A stretch of 64,000 nucleotides of DNA from Mobula hypostoma (Eukaryota), in NCBI RefSeq assembly GCF_963921235.1, contig NC_086097.1, forward strand, positions 156,614,001-156,678,000, given 5' to 3'. The notes beneath the pieces were generated by a model. The model saw only the letters and a list, made by a program, of their open reading frames with translations, searched no databases and was not told where the DNA came from. How positions within the stretch are numbered: position 1 is the stretch's first letter; each line of letters begins with the position of its first letter. Made by a program: the position numbers and the translations under genes. Below, one piece after another: positions 1 through 11,347 of this stretch.

Positions 1-88
1 ATGGAATTGATGGTTCTGTAGCCATGTTTGTGGATAATTCAAAGATAGGTGGAGGAGCAGGTCATATTGAGAAAGCAGGGAGTCTGCA
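1..88 (+). mobile_element. Old CR1 LINE RT fragment (left part, continues at ~2772)
   Basis: tttgtggataattcaaagataggtgga resembles the FADDTKIGG motif; the element resumes at ~2775 (aaggacttgaacaga) after a Penelope-like insertion. Confidence 0.65.
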
Positions 89-383
89 CCTAGTCCATTT
101 CCAAAACCTCCTTCGCCTTTCTCAATCTCACTGTCTCTGTCTTTGGTAACAGGTTTCCTACTGATGTCCATTATAAACCCATGGACTCTCACAGCAACCT
201 GGACTTTTCCTCTTCCCACAGTTTCACTTGTAAAAATGCCACCTTCTTCTCTCAATTCCTCAGTTTCTGCCGCATCTGCTCTCAGGTTGAGGCCTTTCAT
301 TCTAGAACAAAGGAGATGTCCTCCTTTTTCAAAGAAAGTGGCTTCCCTTCCTCCACCATCAATGCTGCCCTCAACCGCAAAAG

Positions 384-1734
384 ATAACAGCACATTTGGA
401 AAGCGGTGAAATGATCGGACAAAGTCAGCATGGATTTGTGAAAGGAAAATCATGTCTGACGAATCTCATAGAATTTTTTGAGGATGTAACTAGTAGAGTG
501 GATAGGGGAGAACCAGTGGATGTGGTATATTTGGATTTTCAAAAGGCTTTTGACAAGGTCCCACACAGGAGATTAGTGTGCAAACTTAAAGCACACGGTA
601 TTGGGGGTAAGGTATTGGTGTGGGTGGAGAATTGGTTAGCAGATAGGAAGCAAAGAGTGGGAATAAACGGGACCTTTTCAGAATGGCAGGCGGTGACTAG
701 TGGGCTACCGCAAGGCTCAGTGCTGGGACCCCAGTTGTTTACAATATATATTAATGACTTGGATGAGGGAATTAAATGCAGCATCTCCAAGTTTGCGGAT
801 GACACGAAGCTGGGTGGCAGTGTTAGCAGTGAGGAGGATGCTAAGAGGATGCAGGGTGACTTGGATAGGTTGGGTGAGTGGGCAAACTCATGGCAGATGC
901 AATTTAATGTGGATAAATGTGAAGTTATCCACTTTGGTGGCAAAAATAGGAAAACAGATTATTATCTGAATGGTGGCCGATTAGGAAAAGGGGAGGTGCA
1001 ACGAGACCTGGGTGTCATTATACACCAGTCATTGAAAGTGGGCATGCAAGTACAGCAGGCGGTGAAAAAGGCGAATGGTATGCTGGCATTTATAGCGAGA
1101 GGATTCGAGTACAGGAGCAGGGAGGTATTACTGCAGTTGTACAAGGCCTTGGTGAGACCACACCTGGAGTATTGTGTGCAGTTTTGGTCCCCTAATCTGA
1201 GGAAAGACATCTTTGCCATAGAGGGAGTACAAAGAAGGTTCACCAGATTGATTCCTGGGATGGCAGGTCTTTCATATGAAGAAAGACTGGATGAACTGGG
1301 CTTGTACTCGTTGGAATTTAGAAGATTGAGGGGGGATCTGATTGAAACGTATAAGATCCTAAAGGGATTGGACAGGCTAGATGCAGGAAGATTGTTCCAG
1401 ATGTTGGGGAAGTCCAGAACGAGGGGCCACAGTTTGAGGATAGAGGGGAAGCCTTTTAGGACCGAGATTAGGAAAAACTTCGTCACACAGAGAGTGGTGA
1501 ATCTGTGGAATTCTCTGCCACAGGTAACAGTTGAGGCCAGTTCATTGGCTATATTTAAGAGGGAGTTAGATATGGCCCTTGTGGCTACGGGGTCAGGGGG
1601 TATGGAGGGAAGGCTGGGGCAGGGTTCTGAGTTGGAGGATCAGCCATGATCATAATAAATGGCGGTGCAGGCTCGAAGGGCCGAATGGCCTACTCCTGCA
1701 CCTATTTTCTATGTTTCTATGTTTCTATGTTTCT
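384..1734 (+). mobile_element. Young 5'-truncated CR1 LINE
   Basis: RT ORF, short 3' UTR and (TTTCTATG)n tail at ~1707-1734; near-identical to copies at 11418 and 18560. Confidence 0.95.
396..1649 (+). CDS. CR1 ORF2 reverse transcriptase, C-terminal part (5'-truncated; small indel near the end)
   Basis: QHGF, YLDFQKAFDKV, PQGSVLGP, FADD, LVRPHLEYCVQFW motifs. Confidence 0.9.
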   Translation: MESGEMIGQSQHGFVKGKSCLTNLIEFFEDVTSRVDRGEPVDVVYLDFQKAFDKVPHRRLVCKLKAHGIGGKVLVWVENWLADRKQRVGINGTFSEWQAVTSGLPQGSVLGPQLFTIYINDLDEGIKCSISKFADDTKLGGSVSSEEDAKRMQGDLDRLGEWANSWQMQFNVDKCEVIHFGGKNRKTDYYLNGGRLGKGEVQRDLGVIIHQSLKVGMQVQQAVKKANGMLAFIARGFEYRSREVLLQLYKALVRPHLEYCVQFWSPNLRKDIFAIEGVQRRFTRLIPGMAGLSYEERLDELGLYSLEFRRLRGDLIETYKILKGLDRLDAGRLFQMLGKSRTRGHSLRIEGKPFRTEIRKNFVTQRVVNLWNSLPQVTVEASSLAIFKRELDMALVATGSGGMEGRLGQGSELEDQP

Positions 1735-2771
1735 ATCTCTTCCATTTCACGCACGTCTGCACTTACCCCAGCCTCCTGCCACCCTACTGGGGATAGGGTT
1801 TCTCTTGTCCTCACCTACCACCCCACCAGCCTCCATGTCCAGCACATAATTTGCTGGAACTTCCGCCATTTCCAATGGGATTCCACCACCAAGCACATCT
1901 TTCCCTCCCCCCCACTTTCTGCTTTTCACAGGGATCACTCCCTACGTGACTCCCTTGTCTATTCCGCCTCCTGCCACTTATCCTTGCAAGCAGAACAAGT
2001 GCTACACCTACCTCTACATCTCCTCCCTCAATATCATTCAGAGCCCCAAACAGTCCTTGCAGGTGAGGTGACACTTCACCTGTGAGTCTGTTGGGATTAT
2101 ATACTGTGTCTGGTACTCCCAGTGTGGCCTCCTGTATATCGGTGAGACCTGATGTAGATTTGGAGACTGTTTTGCTGAACACCTATGCTCCATCAGCCAG
2201 ATTTCCCAGTGGCCATCAATTTTAATTCCACTTCCCATTCCCATTCTGATATGTCGATCCATGGCCTCTACCGTTGCGAAGAGGCCACAGTTAGGTTGTG
2301 TCTGGGTAGCCTCCAACACGATGGCATGAACATCAATTTCTCCAACTTCCAGTAATGGTGCCCCTTCCCCTCACCATTTCCCATCCCCTTTTCCCTCTGT
2401 GACCTTATCTCCTTGCTGTCTGTCGCCTCCCTCCCATGGGCCTTCCCCCCCTTTTCTTTCCTCCATGACCTTCTGTTCTCTCCTATTGGACTGCCCCTTC
2501 TCCAGCCCTATATCTCTTTCACCAGCCAACTTACCAGTTCTTTATTTCATTCCCACCCCACACCCCGGTTTCACCTATCATCTTGAGTTTCTTTCTCCCC
2601 TCCCCCACCATTTATATCTACTCCTCAACATTTTTTCTCCAGTCCTTCCGAAGGATCTCGGCCTGAAATGTCGACTGTACACTTTTCCATAGATGCTCTC
2701 TGGCCTGCTGAGTTCCTCCAGCATTTTGTGTGTGTTGCTTGAATTTCCAGCTTCTGCAGATTTTCTCTAGC

Positions 2772-3622
2772 CTCAAAGGACTTGAACAGATTAGTAAAAT
2801 GGGCAAATAAGCATCAGATGGAATACTGTGTAGGGAAGTGTATGGTCATGCAGTTTGTTAGAAAGAATAACTTTGTCGACTATTTTCTAAACAGGGAATG
2901 AATTCAGAAATTAGAACTACAAAGAACTTGGGAATTCCTGAAAGGTTACCTTGCAGGTTGAGTCTGTATAAGGAAGGCAAACACAATGTTATCATTCATT
3001 TCAAGAGGACTTGAATATAAGGGCAAGGAAGTAATGCTGAGACTTTATATGAATTTGGCCATACCATATTTGGAGTATTGTAGGCAGTTTGGGCTCCATA
3101 TTTAATTAAGAACGAGCAGGCACTGGAGAGGGTTCCAAGGTGGTTCCTGAGAATGACCTTGGGAATGAAATGGTTAATGTATGAGGAACATTTGATGGTT
3201 CTGTACTCATTGGAGTTTAGATGATTGAGGTGGATCTTATTGAAACCTATTAGACATTGAAAGGCTGAGGAAGAATGGACATGGGGAAGCTGTTTCCAAT
3301 AGCGGGAGAGTCTCGGACCCGAGAGCATGGTCTTAGATTGCAAGGATCTTCCTTTAGAACAACAATGAGGAGGAATTTATTTAGCCAAAGTGTGGTGAAT
3401 CCAAAGAATTTATTGCCATGGATGGCTGTAAAAACCAAGTCATGCTGTACTGTATATTTAAAGTGTAACTTGATAGGTTCTTGATTAGTAAGGGCATCAA
3501 AGGTTGGGGGCGGGGAGTAGGAGAATGGGGTTGAGAGGGAAAATAAATCAGATGATCAAATGATGTAGTAGACTTGATGGGCAGAAGGGTGTAATTCTGC
3601 TCCTATGCCTTTTGGTCTTATG
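2772..3622 (+). mobile_element. Old CR1 LINE 3' part (degenerate)
   Basis: Decayed RT C-terminal motifs and 3' tail aattctgctcctatgccttttggtcttatgg. Confidence 0.85.
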
Positions 3623-3754
3623 GATGAACTGTCTGGAAAAATACTTGTCAAAAGCATTTGATAACTGTTCTCCTCTGAATCAACAGAACCAGTAGATTGT
3701 GGTAAATATTGTGCAGTCACAGGCTTGTTACTTCTTTCCATCCAGTCCATCTTA

Positions 3755-4030
3755 AAACATAGACCATAGAAGAGTAGAGCACCAGAGCAGGTCATTCGAC
3801 CCACAATGTTGTGCTAAAACAGCTAAAAAGTAAATCAAGAACACCCAAACACTAAACCCTCCATCTTCCTTACATCAATGTGCCTGTCCAAATGTCTCTT
3901 AAAAACCTCTAATGTATTTGCATCTACCACCAGACCAGGAAGCACATTCCAGGCATCCATGACTCTCTGAGTATAAATCTCACGCCTTACATCCCCCCTG
4001 AACCTACACCCTCTCACCTTCTATGCATGC
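3755..4030 (-). mobile_element. CR1 3' end fragment
   Basis: Minus ORF ..TQRVMDAWNVLPGLVVDANTLEVFKRHLDRH matches the CR1 ORF2 C-terminus. Confidence 0.75.
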
Positions 4031-4054
4031 CCTCCGGTGTTAGACACCTCACGG

Positions 4055-4482
4055 TGCTTTGCTTCAAGAAGGTTAATGGTATAATCAAGGATTCTTGCCA
4101 CCCTAGTAATTCCCTTCTCTTTCATCTATCTTCTAGGGGAAGATGGCCAGACTTAAGATCAATATCTTCCCCACTGCTATCAGACTTCTGAATTAATCCC
4201 CTCTTCCATAGCCTCTTCCCAAAGGTGCTGCCATGTTCTCGAACACTTACTTCTACCTACATCCATTATTAATTCTGTTGTTGTCACTTCAGTATTTATT
4301 TTTGCTCTCTTTCAGATTTCACTACAACCTTTACACCATTCTGTTGTTCTGTGCTCGTTGCTATATTTACTGTTGGATTTTATTACTAATGTATACGTAT
4401 ACTAATAACTCTGTGAGTTTCACACAACTGAGTAATTTCATTCCACCCTAGTGTATATGACAATAAACTAATCTTAATCTTT
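4055..4482 (+). mobile_element. Rex1/Babar-like LINE 3' fragment
   Basis: IIKDSCHP-like coding relic followed by UTR ending acaataaactaatcttaatctt. Confidence 0.55.
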
Positions 4483-5046
4483 GAGAAAAATATGATTTAA
4501 CACAGATACTTAATTTACCTCTAACTCTATCAAATTGATGGTAATTGAGAAAATGCATGGAGATTTAATGGATTATGATTTAGTTGCTTAACTATCAAAT
4601 TGATCCATTGTCATGATCAGTTTGGAATTGCTATGGTGTTAATAACTTCCCACAGAATGTGATATGATTCTCTGCAAGTTGGGCCTGGCTGCATTCATAA
4701 TAAGGAGGTTTAAATTATCATCCCCAGCAGTTAAATAATTACTGTAGATCAGCTGCACTGAGTACTCTTCATCTGCATCATAGAACATAGAAATCTACAG
4801 CACTTAGGCCCACAATGTCATGCCGACCAACAAGGGGGTACATTGTTGATGTGCACTTTTCATTACGTCCTTTGTAATCACATGAAGTAGAATTCTCTGT
4901 TTGCATGCTGCTGTAAATAGTTTGAGGCTAAAACAGGCACAATCACCTGCTTTCTGACACAACCATCAAATTGCCTTGGTAAGGCCAGAAATCTTTTTTC
5001 ACGTTCTTGCAGATAATAAGACTTTTTACCTGTGTTTATATGGATA

Positions 5047-6554
5047 CAGGTGTCCCCCGCTTTTCGAACGTTCGCTTTACGAAACCTCACTGTTACGAAA
5101 GACCTACATTAGTACCCTGTTTTCACTTTCGGAAGGTGTTTTCACTGTTACGAAGAAAGGCAGCGTGCGATAAAAAAATCAGCGCGCGAAAAAATCAGCG
5201 CGCGATAAAAGGCATCGCGCGCCCTGAGCAGCCACTGTCCCCCGGATTTGGAACGACATTACTTAAACACGTTGCATTGAGCAGCCGTTAGCAAGATGAG
5301 TTCTAAGGTGTCGGAAAAGCCCAAAAGAGCTCGTAAGAGTGTTACACTTAGTGTAAAACTAGACATAATTAAGCGTTTCGATTGTGGTGAACTAAGTAAG
5401 GAGAACGTGAGTTTGGCTTGTGGAAGTTGACGAAGATGATGTTGAAGAGGTTTTGGCATCCCATGACCAAGATCTGATAGATGAAGAGCTGATGCAATTG
5501 GAAGAGGAAAGGATAACAATCGAAACCGAATGCAGTAGCGAAAGTTAAGCAACTGCGTGAGATTTTCACTGCAATGATAAAGTACGACTTTAATTTTGAA
5601 AGGGTACATTGGTTTATGGGATATTTGCAGGATGGTTTGAGTGCTTACAAAGAACTGTGTGATAGAAAAATGCGCGAGGTTCAACAGTCAAGCAAGCCTT
5701 CCACATCAGCCACAGCAGACGACGAACCTTGACCTTCGACATCGAGGCGGGCAGTCATAGGAGAAGATGAGCTGCCTGCCCTGATCGACAACGATGAGAT
5801 GGCACCCCCGTGTCCCACCACCCCAACCCCCGGACCCTGGACTGTACCAATTCGCGGAGAATGCAGCGGTGGCCGGGAGGCACACAGCACATCTTTAAGA
5901 AAAAAGCCGAAATAAACATGCTAATTAATTAGGTGCCGCATAGCACGTAATTAATTAGCATGTTTATTTCAGTTTTTTTCTTAAAGATGTGCTGTGTGCC
6001 TCCTGGCTACCGCTGCGTTCTTTGCCGCAATGTATCGGGTCGGCGGCCCGGAGGGTGGGGGCCACTGCATCAGCCAAACTCCGACAAGTCTAACACACCA
6101 TCATCAGTGTGCTCGGCCCTGTTTTCCCAATTCCAGTAAGTGATACTACACTGTACATACATTATTTCTACTTTATATAGGCTGTGTATTTTTACGTGTT
6201 ATTTGGTAGATTTGCAGCTTCACAGTTTAAAGGTTAATGGAGAGCGTGTTTATGCCAACAGCACTTGCATGAGATTTTCGCTACGAAGATCTGTGCAGGC
6301 AATCGTTGTAAAGAAGTATTTCTACTTTATATAGGCTGTGTATTTATCATATCATTCCTGCTTTTACTATATGTTATTGTTATTTTAGGTTTTATGCGTT
6401 ATTTGGCATGATTTGGTAGGTTATTTTTGGGTCTGCGAATGCTCACAAAATTTTCCCATATAAGTAAATGGGAATTGCTTTTTCGCTTTATGACATTCCG
6501 GCTTACGAACCGTTTCATAGGAACGCTCTACCTTTGGATGGTGGGGGAAATCTG
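5047..6554 (+). mobile_element. Tigger/pogo-like DNA transposon, internal-deletion derivative
   Basis: TA at 5045-46 and 6555-56; imperfect TIRs CAGGTGTCCCCC.. / ..GGGGGAAATCTG; relic coding from ATG 5296 (MSSKVSEKPKRARKSVTLSVKLDIIKRF, HTH-psq/CENP-B-like) joined to an acidic C-terminal piece (EVDEDDVEEVLASHDQDLIDEELMQLEEE). Confidence 0.85.
5859..6020. repeat. Near-perfect inverted repeat (~78-bp arms) inside the Tigger-like element
   Basis: gaatgcagcggtggccgggaggcacacagcacatctttaagaaaaaa..taattaatta pairs with taattaatta..tttttttcttaaagatgtgctgtgtgcctcctggctaccgctgcgttc. Confidence 0.92.
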
Positions 6555-6579
6555 TATTGTTAAAACATCAATATTTAAA

Positions 6580-7670
6580 TAGAACACAGAGCATAGAACA
6601 GTAGAGCAGAATACATATCCTTTGGCCTACAATGTTTTGCCAATCTTTTAATTTACTCTAAAATCAAACTAGTCCTTCCCTCACCCATAGCCCTTCATTT
6701 TCTTCCATCCATGTGCCTATCAAAGAGTCTCATCAATGTCCCTATTGCATCTACCTTTACCACTATCCATAGCAGCATGTTCCACAGAGCTACCACTTTC
6801 TGTATATAAGAATTACCTTTGACATGGTTCCTCATATTATCCAATTCCACTCTGGGAAGTCTGGTTGTCCACGCGATCCTCGCCTCTTATCATCTTGTAC
6901 ACACATATCAAGTCACCTCTCATCATCCTTTGCTCCAAAGAAAAAAGCTCCAGCTCACTCGATCTTTCCTCATAAGACATGCTATCTAATCCAGACGGCA
7001 TCCTGGTAAATCTCCTCTGCATCTTCTCTAAAGTTTACACACACTTCCTATAATGAGGCAACCAAAACTGAACACTATATTCCAAGTGTGGCCTAGCCAG
7101 GGTTTTATAGAGCTGCAACATTACCTCATGGTTCTTGAACTCAATCCTCTGACTAATGAAGGTCAACATACCAGAATTTCATTCTTTATTGCCCTTTAAG
7201 CTTACATGGCAACTTTGAGAAATCTAAGGACTTGAAATGCAAGATTCCTCTGTTCCTTCACAATTTGAAGAATCCTGTCATTAACCCTGCATTCTACCTT
7301 CAAGTTTGACTTTCCAAAGTGTATCACTTTTCCAGATTTAACTCCATCTGCCATGTCTCAGCCTAGCTCTGTATCTTGTCGATGTCTTGTTGCAACCTAC
7401 ACTAACCAACACCATTCACACCACCAGCAATTTTTTGATATCATCTGCAAACATACCAATCCATCCTTCCACTTCCTCATTGAATCCTTTATAAAAATCA
7501 CAAAGGAATCCCAAAACAGATCCCTGCTGAGGATAATCTGGGATACAGCAAATTCCGAGCAAAATATTCTCCATCTACTACCACCTTCTGCCTACCCTGG
7601 GCAAGCCAATTCTGAATCCTTACAGCTAAGTTTCCCTGGATCCCATGCCTCCTGACTTTTGCAATGAGCC
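6580..7670 (-). mobile_element. Degenerate CR1 3' portion
   Basis: agaacatagaaca-type tail; minus ORF QRRFTRM..YEER..LELFSLEQRMMRGDLI. Confidence 0.8.
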
Positions 7671-8713
7671 TTTCTGAATTACATACTTATAATCCATTGT
7701 TACAATTTTACTTCCTAAAATAGTCGCGCAGTCTTTTTAGAATGTACCGTAAGCTTTACATCATTGATCATTGTGTCCCTGCAGTCCATTGTAGAGAGTT
7801 AGTCCAGAAGCTGGCATTGTAATAGGTTCCATCACAGCCAGTGTGAGAAGCAAATGTCACTTTGTAGGTATAATGCAGGGTAAGTATTTAATCAATATAG
7901 AAATTTGGACAAACTGTGTCGGGACACAATTGCTTAAATTTTGAAACAGATTGTTTGTCAGGGTTGTTTTATCAAGTGTAAATTCATGGTTTCATAAAGT
8001 GCAGGATCTATTCAGTGCTTTTATTTTACCTTTTATTTTCATAATCTTTCATGGGATATGGACATTGATTCCCCCACTATGGAAAGAAAGATGAAACATT
8101 TCCACCTCACTACTTTATGGCATTTCAAAGCAAGGTTTTTAACTGTAATCGCAGTTGCAATGAAAGAAACACAGCAGATAATTTGTGCATACAATTAATA
8201 TCCCAAAAACACCAATATGAAAATAACTAGATAATACTTCTACGCCTCCCCCCTCCCCCCTCTGATCCCAGCTCTCATCCGTGCCGGGTCTTTACCATCC
8301 CCTCCGACCTTCAACTGTCGGAGGCAGAACGCTCTGTTCTCAGTAAGGGCCTCACCTTTGTCCCCCTTCGCCCACATCTCAGCGAGTTCTGTGTTCGCCA
8401 TGATGCGGAACTTTTCTTCCGCCGTCTCCGTCTCCGAGCCTACTTCTTCGGCAAGGACTCTTCCACCCCCACCGATGACCCCTTCTCCAGTCTTCAACCC
8501 TCCTCTTCTTCATGGACACCCTGCTCTGGTCTTCTGCCTGCTCTGGATCTCTTTATTGCTAACTGCCGACGGGACATCAACCGTCTCGACTTCACCACAC
8601 CTTGTTCCCATTCCAACCTCACTCCTTCGGAACGCTCGGCTCTCCACCCTCTCCGCACTAATCCTAACCTTATTATTAAACCCGCCGATAAGAGGGGTGC
8701 TGTTGTAGTCTGA

Positions 8714-10477
8714 CCTACTGACCTCTACCTTGCCGAGGCACAGCGACAACTCGCGGATACCTCCTCTTATTTACCCCTTGATCGTGACCCCACTAAGGAG
8801 CACCAGGCCATTGTCTCCCACACCATCACCGACTTTATCCGCTCAGGGCATCTCCCATCCACTGCTACCAACCTTATAGTTGCCGCACCCCGCACTTCCC
8901 GTTTCTACCTCCTACCCAAGATCCACAAACCTGCCTGTCCTGGCCGACCTATTGTCTCAGCTTGCTCCTGCCCCACCGAACTCATTTGTGCATACCTCGA
9001 CACGGTTTTATCACCCCTTGTTCAATCCCTTCCGACCTATGTTCGTGACACTTCTCACGCTCTTAAACTTTTCGATGATTTTAAGTTCCCTGGCCCCCAC
9101 CGCTTTATTTTCACCATGGATGTCCAATCCTTATATACTTCCATCCCCCATCAGGAAGGTCTTAAAGCTCTACGCTTCTTTTTGGATTCCAGACCTAATC
9201 AGTTCCCCTCTACCACCACTCTGCTCCGTCTAGCGGAATTAGTCCTTACTCTTAATAATTTCTCCTTTGGCTCCTCCCACTTCCTCCAAACTAAAGGTGT
9301 AGCTATGGGCACCCGTATGGGTCCTAGCTATACCTGCCTTTTTGTTGGGTTTGTGGAACAATCTATGTTCCGTGCCTATTTTGGTATCTGTCCCCCACTT
9401 TTCCTTCGCTACATCGATGACTGCATTGGCGCTGCTTCCTGCACGCATGCAGTACTCGTTGACATTATTAACTTTGCCTCCAACTTTCACCCTGCCCTCA
9501 AGTTTACCTGGTCCATTTCCGACACCTCCATCCCCTTTCTAGATCTTTCTGTCTCTGTCTCTGGAGACAGCGTATCCACTGATATCTACTATAAGCCTAC
9601 TGACTCTCACAGCTATCTGGACTATTCCTCTTCTCACCCTGTCTCTTGCAAAAACGCCATCCCCTTCTCGCAATTCCTCCGTCTCCGCCGCATCTGCTCT
9701 CAGGATGAGGCTTTTCATTCTAGGATGAGGGAGATGTCTTCCTTTTTTAAAGAAAGGGGCTTCCCTTCCTCCACTATCAACTCTGCTCTTAAACGCATCT
9801 CCCCCATTTCACGTACATCTGCTCTCACTCCATCCTCCCGCCACCCCACTAGGAATAGGGTTCCCCTGGTCCTCACCTACCACCCCACCAGCCTCCGGGT
9901 CCAACATATTATTCTCCGTAACTTCCGCCACCTCCAACTGGATCCCACCACTAAGCACATCTTTCCCTCCCCCCATCTCTCTGCATTCCGCCAGGATCGC
10001 TCCCTACACAACTCCCTCGTCCATTCGTCCCTCCCATCCCTCCCCACTGATCTCCCTCCTGGCACTTATCCGTGTAAGCGGAACAAGTGCTACACATGCC
10101 CTTACACTTCCTCCCTTACCACCATTCAGGGCCCCAAACAGTCCTTCCAGGTGAGGCAACACTTCACCTGTGAGTCGACTGGGGTGATATACTGCGTCTG
10201 GTGCTCCCGATGTGGCCTCTTATATATTGGCGAGACCCGACGCAGACTGGGAGATCGCTTTGCTGAACATCTACGCTCTGTCCGCCAGAGAAAACAGGAT
10301 CTCCCAGTGGCCACACATTTTAATTCCACATCCCATTCCCATTCTGACATGTCCATCCACGGCCTCCTCTACTGTAAAGATGAAGCCACACTCAGGTTGG
10401 AGGAACAACACCTTATATTCCGTCTGGGTAGCCTCCAACCTGATGGCATGAACATTGACTTCTCTAACTTCCGCTAA
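8714..10477 (+). CDS. Penelope-like RT + GIY-YIG endonuclease (frame open from the in-frame TGA at 8711-8713; ORF track calls 9116-10477)
   Basis: FYLLPKIHK, MDVQSLYTSIP, GVAMGTRMGP, RYIDD, PFLD, CKRNKCYTC linker, VIYCVWCSRCGLLYIGET..R..EH. Confidence 0.9.
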   Translation, partial: PTDLYLAEAQRQLADTSSYLPLDRDPTKEHQAIVSHTITDFIRSGHLPSTATNLIVAAPRTSRFYLLPKIHKPACPGRPIVSACSCPTELICAYLDTVLSPLVQSLPTYVRDTSHALKLFDDFKFPGPHRFIFTMDVQSLYTSIPHQEGLKALRFFLDSRPNQFPSTTTLLRLAELVLTLNNFSFGSSHFLQTKGVAMGTRMGPSYTCLFVGFVEQSMFRAYFGICPPLFLRYIDDCIGAASCTHAVLVDIINFASNFHPALKFTWSISDTSIPFLDLSVSVSGDSVSTDIYYKPTDSHSYLDYSSSHPVSCKNAIPFSQFLRLRRICSQDEAFHSRMREMSSFFKERGFPSSTINSALKRISPISRTSALTPSSRHPTRNRVPLVLTYHPTSLRVQHIILRNFRHLQLDPTTKHIFPSPHLSAFRQDRSLHNSLVHSSLPSLPTDLPPGTYPCKRNKCYTCPYTSSLTTIQGPKQSFQVRQHFTCESTGVIYCVWCSRCGLLYIGETRRRLGDRFAEHLRSVRQRKQDLPVATHFNSTSHSHSDMSIHGLLYCKDEATLRLEEQHLIFRLGSLQPDGMNIDFSNFR

Positions 10478-10772
10478 GGCCCCACCTCCCCCTCGTACCC
10501 CATTTGTTACTCATTTTTATGCACACATTCTTTCTCTCACTCTCCTTTCTCTCCCTCTGTCCCTCTGAATATACCCCTTGCCCATCCTCTGGGTTCCCCC
10601 CCAACTTGTCTTTCTTCCCGGACCTCCTGTCCCATGATCCTCTCGTATCCCCTTTTGCCTATCACCTGTCCAGCTCTTGGCTCTATCCCTCCTCCTCCTG
10701 TCTTCTCCTATCATTTTGGATCTCCCCTTCCCCCTCCAACTTTCAAATCCCTTACTCACTCTTCCTTCAGTT

Positions 10773-10808
10773 AGTCCTGACGAAGGGTCTCGGCCTGAAA
10801 CGTCGACT
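10773..10808 (+). ncRNA. Minimal type I hammerhead ribozyme in the Penelope-like 3' end
   Basis: AGTC-CTGACGA-AGGgtctcggCCT-GAAA-C-GTC-GACT: stem I AGTC/GACT, core CUGANGA and GAAA, stem II AGG/CCT, GUC cleavage triplet ending at 10804. Confidence 0.85.
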
Positions 10809-11347
10809 GCACCTCTTCCTACAGATGCTGCCTGGCCTGCTGCGTTCACCAGCAACTTTGATGTGTGTTGCTTGAATTTCCAGCATCTGCAGATTCCTGT
10901 TGTTTGTAGATAATACTTCCGTTGACCAGTATGGTCGAAGCATAAATATTGGTCAGGACTTTGGGGAAGCTTCTTTGCAACAATGTCATTTGGCTTTTGA
11001 TCCTGAGAAAGCTGGATGGAAGTAAGAGAACTTTTCAGGCAGTTCTGAGGCTGATCACTTCACAGCGCTGAAGGAGAGGCTGGACAGACTGTTCTGTTGT
11101 TTAATTAGGCTGTTGTACCAAAGATTTTAGTATTGTGGTGTTTTTGAGACCTTGCCCAGTTGTTCGTTTTCAGTTTGTTCCCTAGGATAGTCAGCAAATT
11201 AAACCATATTTTGAGCTTTCTTGAAAATCATCTCACTTATATCCTTATATAGGCAGTATTAATCCAGTATGAGGAACAAATTACTGATTGAAAGTGAGCT
11301 CTGTTGCTTTATTTCAAGCATTACACTCTCAGTTACTGCAGTTTTTT

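Larger units (their letters stand above)
89..2769 (+). mobile_element. Degenerate 5'-truncated Penelope-like element, interrupted by a young CR1
   Basis: Colinear with the 8241-10906 copy (DSHSNLDFSSSH, FSQFL..RICSQ, GIY-YIG region, pyrimidine-rich UTR, tail ...cagcattttgtgtgtgttgc); split between aaccgc (~378) and atctct (~1735). Confidence 0.9.
8241..10906 (+). mobile_element. Young Penelope-like element (Neptune-like: Cys-rich linker before GIY-YIG), 5'-truncated
   Basis: 13-bp TSD tagataatacttc at 8228-8240 and 10907-10919; RT-EN ORF; 3' UTR with hammerhead motif. Confidence 0.95.

Noticed and set aside
539..1486. Antisense ORFs over CR1 RT (also 19039-19743, 20543-21319)
   Set aside because: Shadow ORFs of the RT/APE coding strand, repeated only because the CR1 copies are near identical
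7785..7885. Exon-like segment with ccctgcag acceptor and gtaagt donor
   Set aside because: Stops in all three + frames; no supporting neighbours; could only be a non-coding exon
8711..8713. In-frame TGA in the Penelope-like ORF as programmed readthrough or selenocysteine
   Set aside because: Falls where Trp (TGG) is plausible after GAVVV; a single transition is the simpler explanation and no second copy here covers the site to test it
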